Below are positions 9,684 to 13,611 of a stretch of DNA of 13,611 nt, one piece after another. A program made the position numbers and the translations under genes. Each line of letters begins with the position of its first letter. Positions within the stretch are counted from its first letter, which is position 1. The stretch is from contig CM119265.1 in the NCBI GenBank assembly GCA_051294375.1, forward strand, positions 27,311,643-27,325,253, given 5' to 3'. The notes beneath the pieces were generated by a model, which did no database searches, had not been told where the DNA came from, and saw only the letters and a program-made list of their open reading frames with translations. Source of the DNA: Paraspadella gotoi (lineage: Eukaryota > Animalia > Chaetognatha).

Positions 9684-9953
9684 CGAAAAAAAAGAAAGAA
9701 AGAAAGATAGAAGGAAATGTGACATCCCCTGTCTTCAGTCTTCACCAGTTCGCGAGAAGACGTAAGATTTAATAAATCCAGTTTCTTAAATCTTAGACCA
9801 AGCTTTCATATTTTCTTTTTATTGCTTGGTAAAAGCTTACAAAACAAAATTCTTTCCTCGAATGCTTGGCTCGAATATTTTTATCATTTCAATTTGCAAC
9901 CTCAGGCGTAGGTCGACCATCAGGCACGTTTTCTTTTTTTCTATATCGTCACT

Positions 9954-9999
9954 CTGTCTGTCCGTCCGTCCGTCCGTTCGTCCGTCCGTCCGTCCGTCC
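9954..9999. repeat. (GTCC)n/(GTCY)n microsatellite
   Basis: About 11 GTCY units with one GTTC variant. Confidence 0.95.
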
Positions 10000-10309
10000 C
10001 TTTCGCCTTTAAGGTCAACTCTCGCATGAGAAAATGACATTAAACGGTTTTGTTGGTCCCTAACTGATTTAGTCGGTCTTATTTTTTCTCGTTATCGTCA
10101 TTAGCTCATGATTTTGTCTTCATCATTGTTCTCTCGTGATCGGTATATCTTTGTCCCGTCTCAATCATTGTCCTTTTACTCAGAAAGGACATCTCGCGTT
10201 TGTCTTCTTTTATCATTGGTCAAATTAGGCCTTTCTTATTAATATAATTGGTTATAATTTGGTTTTTAGTTGACTTGATTTTCTTATCATTGTCCCCATA
10301 AAATTGAAT

Positions 10310-10920
10310 TTTTTCCCCTTCATTCTTCATTTTTCGTTTTTGCTTTTATTTTCTTTCTTCCTTTTTTTCTTTTCTTCTCTCCTTCATTCCCTTTCTTCCT
10401 TTTTTCTTTTCTTTCCTTTCCTCTTCTTTTTATTTTATTTTCTCCTTCATTTTCTTTCCTTCTCTTTTTCTTTTATTTTTTTTCTCCTCTTTTTTTTCTT
10501 TTCTTTCCTCCTATTTTTGTTTTTTTTCTTTCCTCCTCTTTTTTTTCTTTCCTCCTATTTTTCTTTTTTTTTCTCATTCATTTACTTTCCTCCTATTTTT
10601 CTTTTCTTTTTCTTCTTCATTTTCTTTCCTCCTCTTTTTCTTTTCTTTTCTTTTCTCCTCTTTTTTTTCTTTTCTCCTTCATTTACTTTCCTCCTATTTT
10701 TCCTTTCTTTTTTTCCTTAATTTTCTTTCCTCCTATTTTTCTTTTCTTTCCTCCCTTTTTTCTTTCCTTTCCTCCTTTATTTCCTTTCCTCCTCTAACTC
10801 CATCGCGCATCCTCTCTTTCCTTCCGCGTCATGTTGACCAGTCCTGCGTCTCTCCGTTTTTCCTTTAATTTCCTTTTTTTTCTTTTCCTTTTTTTTCCTT
10901 CTTTCTCCTTCCTGATCTTT
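10310..10920. repeat. Long polypyrimidine tract with recurring TTTCCTCCT(A/C)TTTT unit
   Basis: About 600 bp almost free of G; TTTACTTTCCTCCTATTTTT occurs twice. Confidence 0.9.
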
Positions 10921-10929
10921 CCGGATCAG

Positions 10930-11026
10930 CGACCCTCAATGGGCCAAGGAGGAGGAGGAAGAGGAAGAGGAGGAGGAAGAGGATGGAAACCTGAAGTGCT
11001 ATGAATTTCACCCTTGGGGGAAATGA
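10930..11026 (+). CDS. Candidate terminal exon (DPQWAK-E11-DGNLKCYEFHPWGK*; alternative frame RPSMGQGGGGRGRGGGRGWKPEVL*), product unknown
   Basis: CAG at 10927-10929 after a long pyrimidine tract; GAG/GAA triplet run; TGA at 11024 (or 11002 in the alternative frame); ATTAAA at 11342; similarity to 13097-13145. Confidence 0.25.
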
Positions 11027-11300
11027 AGAGAGAGGGAGATAGAGAGAGAAAGAGGGTGAGAGAGAGGGAAAGAGAGGGAGAGAGAGGAAGTGAACAGAGA
11101 TAGTGAGATAGACTGGAAGGGAAGGGAAGAGCGACAGAGAGACAGAGGAGATTTAGAGATAGAGAGAGAGACGGTAGAAGGGGGAGAAGAGGGAGAAAGA
11201 AAATGTGGGGAGAGGAAAAAAAAGAAGAAGTAAAAGAAAGAGACGAAAGATTGAAAGAAAAGGGGAGGTGGAAAAAAAAGAGAGAAAGAGAGAAAAAGAC
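11027..11300. repeat. GA-rich polypurine tract
   Basis: Purine-dominated degenerate GA repeats. Confidence 0.9.
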
Positions 11301-11494
11301 AAAATACGGAATGAATTATGAAAGTAAAAATGAATTTATACATTAAATGTACTTTAAAGAAAAGAGCCATACGAATTTAGGATAAAATGGAAAGTTTTAG
11401 GAAAATAAGGCCCACAATTCAACGCTTTTTCTTTTCATCGCCCACGACACGCCTCTATTTCGACCCCAAACGACGATCCACGCCGGGCCAGACG

Positions 11495-11498
<4 letters not shown>

Positions 11499-11529
<31 letters not shown>
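11499..11529. repeat. (TC)n microsatellite running into a gap
   Basis: Perfect TC run. Confidence 0.96.
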
Positions 11530-12491
11530 NNNNNNNNNNNNNNNNNNNNNNNNNNNNNNNNNNNNNNNNNNNNNNNNNNNNNNNNNNNNNNNNNNNNNNN
11601 NNNNNNNNNNNNNNNNNNNNNNNNNNNNNNNNNNNNNNNNNNNNNNNNNNNNNNNNNNNNNNNNNNNNNNNNNNNNNNNNNNNNNNNNNNNNNNNNNNNN
11701 NNNNNNNNNNNNNNNNNNNNNNNNNNNNNNNNNNNNNNNNNNNNNNNNNNNNNNNNNNNNNNNNNNNNNNNNNNNNNNNNNNNNNNNNNNNNNNNNNNNN
11801 NNNNNNNNNNNNNNNNNNNNNNNNNNNNNNNNNNNNNNNNNNNNNNNNNNNNNNNNNNNNNNNNNNNNNNNNNNNNNNNNNNNNNNNNNNNNNNNNNNNN
11901 NNNNNNNNNNNNNNNNNNNNNNNNNNNNNNNNNNNNNNNNNNNNNNNNNNNNNNNNNNNNNNNNNNNNNNNNNNNNNNNNNNNNNNNNNNNNNNNNNNNN
12001 NNNNNNNNNNNNNNNNNNNNNNNNNNNNNNNNNNNNNNNNNNNNNNNNNNNNNNNNNNNNNNNNNNNNNNNNNNNNNNNNNNNNNNNNNNNNNNNNNNNN
12101 NNNNNNNNNNNNNNNNNNNNNNNNNNNNNNNNNNNNNNNNNNNNNNNNNNNNNNNNNNNNNNNNNNNNNNNNNNNNNNNNNNNNNNNNNNNNNNNNNNNN
12201 NNNNNNNNNNNNNNNNNNNNNNNNNNNNNNNNNNNNNNNNNNNNNNNNNNNNNNNNNNNNNNNNNNNNNNNNNNNNNNNNNNNNNNNNNNNNNNNNNNNN
12301 NNNNNNNNNNNNNNNNNNNNNNNNNNNNNNNNNNNNNNNNNNNNNNNNNNNNNNNNNNNNNNNNNNNNNNNNNNNNNNNNNNNNNNNNNNNNNNNNNNNN
12401 NNNNNNNNNNNNNNNNNNNNNNNNNNNNNNNNNNNNNNNNNNNNNNNNNNNNNNNNNNNNNNNNNNNNNNNNNNNNNNNNNNNNNNNNNNN
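11530..12491. other. Assembly gap (962 N)
   Basis: N run. Confidence 0.99.
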
Positions 12492-12595
12492 TTTCTGCCA
12501 AACCAGAGACGTTGAGGATTGCTCTCGGGTCAAGGAGACACAAAGAGGGTTCTTGTTGAGAGATACATTTAACTACAACAGAATACAAATTCATA

Positions 12596-12793
12596 CAATT
12601 AAAACATTTTTTGAAACATTATAACTTTTTTTGATAGGGAAACCAGGTACTCTAAGAGTTAATAAACGAGACTATGTCATTATCTTGTCAGAGTGATGGA
12701 GGCCTTAAAACAACAAAACCAGTTCAAAGTCAGGGGCAAGATAGCTTAGTTATTAAATTAAAGAATAATTTTTATACTATTTGCACCAAATTT
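12596..12793 (+). ncRNA. Copy B of the conserved, putatively structured element (family unknown)
   Basis: Blocks identical to copy A at 12610-12619, 12679-12688, 12692-12709 and 12728-12748; stems 12622-12629/12654-12661 and 12680-12689/12735-12744. Confidence 0.4.
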
Positions 12794-12971
12794 ATATAGT
12801 GAAGCCAAAAAGATCATAGTTGAATTCTTGTAGCGACCATGAACTTATACTATTTTCCTTGGTGCCATTATTAAATATTTCGCATTGCTCAATGGTACGT
12901 TGAAGGAGTTGAGCAGTAGGCATAGAGTGGGATATGGAGCATTGCCCAAAGAGCATGGTAGGGGCGTCTAG

Positions 12972-13154
12972 CCCAATGTCCATGTCGCGAGGTCAGCGAC
13001 TGAAGCCAAGCGAGTCGGAAAGAAAAAGAGACGAAGCATGAAATCCAATCCTGGTCGCCTGCGGAGGAGGAGGAGGAGGAGGTTCGACTATACCTCGGAG
13101 GAGGAGGAAGAGAAAAATTGCGAAGCGTTTAACACTTGGGAGAATCCGAGGTAA
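12972..13154 (+). CDS. Candidate coding segment PNVHVARSATEAKRVGKKKRRSMKSNPGRLRRRRRRRFDYTSEEEEEKNCEAFNTWENPR* (basic then acidic), product unknown
   Basis: 60 open codons between TAG 12969 and TAA 13152; motifs echoed at 8767-8826 and 10930-11026; a competing minus-strand reading also exists. Confidence 0.2.
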   Translation, partial: PNVHVARSATEAKRVGKKKRRSMKSNPGRLRRRRRRRFDYTSEEEEEKNCEAFNTWENPR

Positions 13155-13200
13155 AAGAAAGATAAAGGAGAAAAACGAGGATGACAGTTGGGCGGGAGGA

Positions 13201-13262
13201 GGAAAGGGGAGGAAAAGGAAAGGGGAGGAAAAGGAAAGGGGAGGAAAAGGAAAGGGGAGGAA
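13201..13262. repeat. 16-bp tandem repeat (GGAAAGGGGAGGAAAA), 3.9 units
   Basis: Units start at 13201, 13217, 13233 and 13249. Confidence 0.95.
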
Positions 13263-13447
13263 TGGAATGGAAAATGGAGGAAAGGAAAGGAAGGACTGAA
13301 AAGAAAGGAAAAAGAGATAGTAGGTAATATTGGAGAGGAAGGAAAGAAGGGAGGAAAGGAAAGAAAAAGAAATTAATTTCTATCAAACCGACGCTAACTC
13401 AACTTGTGATGAAGGTTTGATTCGCCCCTAATGCCAATCGCATTGTC

Positions 13448-13611
13448 GATAGCGAGTCGTGACATTGAGACCGAGTAGAGAGCAAGCAAAGTCGCGGATA
13501 GCGAGTCAAGGCGTCGATAGCGAAACAATGCTTTGAAAGTTTAAAATTAGCCGAGACTAATGTCGCAAATAGCGAGTGAAGTTAACGATAGCAAGCCAAG
13601 TCGCCGATATC
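13448..13611. repeat. Degenerate 19-bp minisatellite, consensus approximately GATAGCGAGNCAAGTCGNC, running off the window
   Basis: Units start at 13448, 13478, 13497, 13516, 13568, 13587 and 13606. Confidence 0.8.

Noticed and set aside
10304-10720. 138-aa Phe/Leu-rich membrane-like ORF, and similar ORFs over CT/GA tracts
   Set aside because: Translation of polypyrimidine or polypurine tracts, which lack stops for compositional reasons
11387-12594. Three ~380-aa ORFs
   Set aside because: Almost entirely the 962-N gap
12792-13058. Selenocysteine readthrough of the in-frame TGA (12993-12995) upstream of minus ORF MDIGLDAPT...
   Set aside because: No SECIS-like element downstream on the minus strand and no resemblance to known selenoprotein motifs
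13448-13611. CRISPR-like repeat-spacer array
   Set aside because: Units are contiguous 19-mers without unique spacers, the context is eukaryotic, and there are no cas genes

Overview
This is eukaryotic, probably invertebrate animal (inferred from composition only), draft-assembly DNA. It is dominated by microsatellites and purine/pyrimidine tracts and contains five N-gaps. I recognise no known gene, rRNA, tRNA, CRISPR array or transposase, and nearly all ORF-track entries are low-complexity or gap artefacts. The strongest non-trivial signal is a diverged direct-repeat pair about 8.3 kb apart (4263-4514 and 12596-12793). The two copies share perfectly conserved 10, 18 and 21 nt blocks and two predicted + strand hairpins, one with two compensatory base-pair changes, so the pair is a candidate structured ncRNA or UTR element. 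Weaker colinear matches suggest that 12596-13154 is a compact homolog of a region spread over about 4263-11026, including possible short coding segments (AKxVGKK; poly-E then CxxFxxW). A ~600 bp tandem duplication across a 25-N gap (7515-8762) looks like a long-read gap-filling artefact. All alignments and folds were done by eye.
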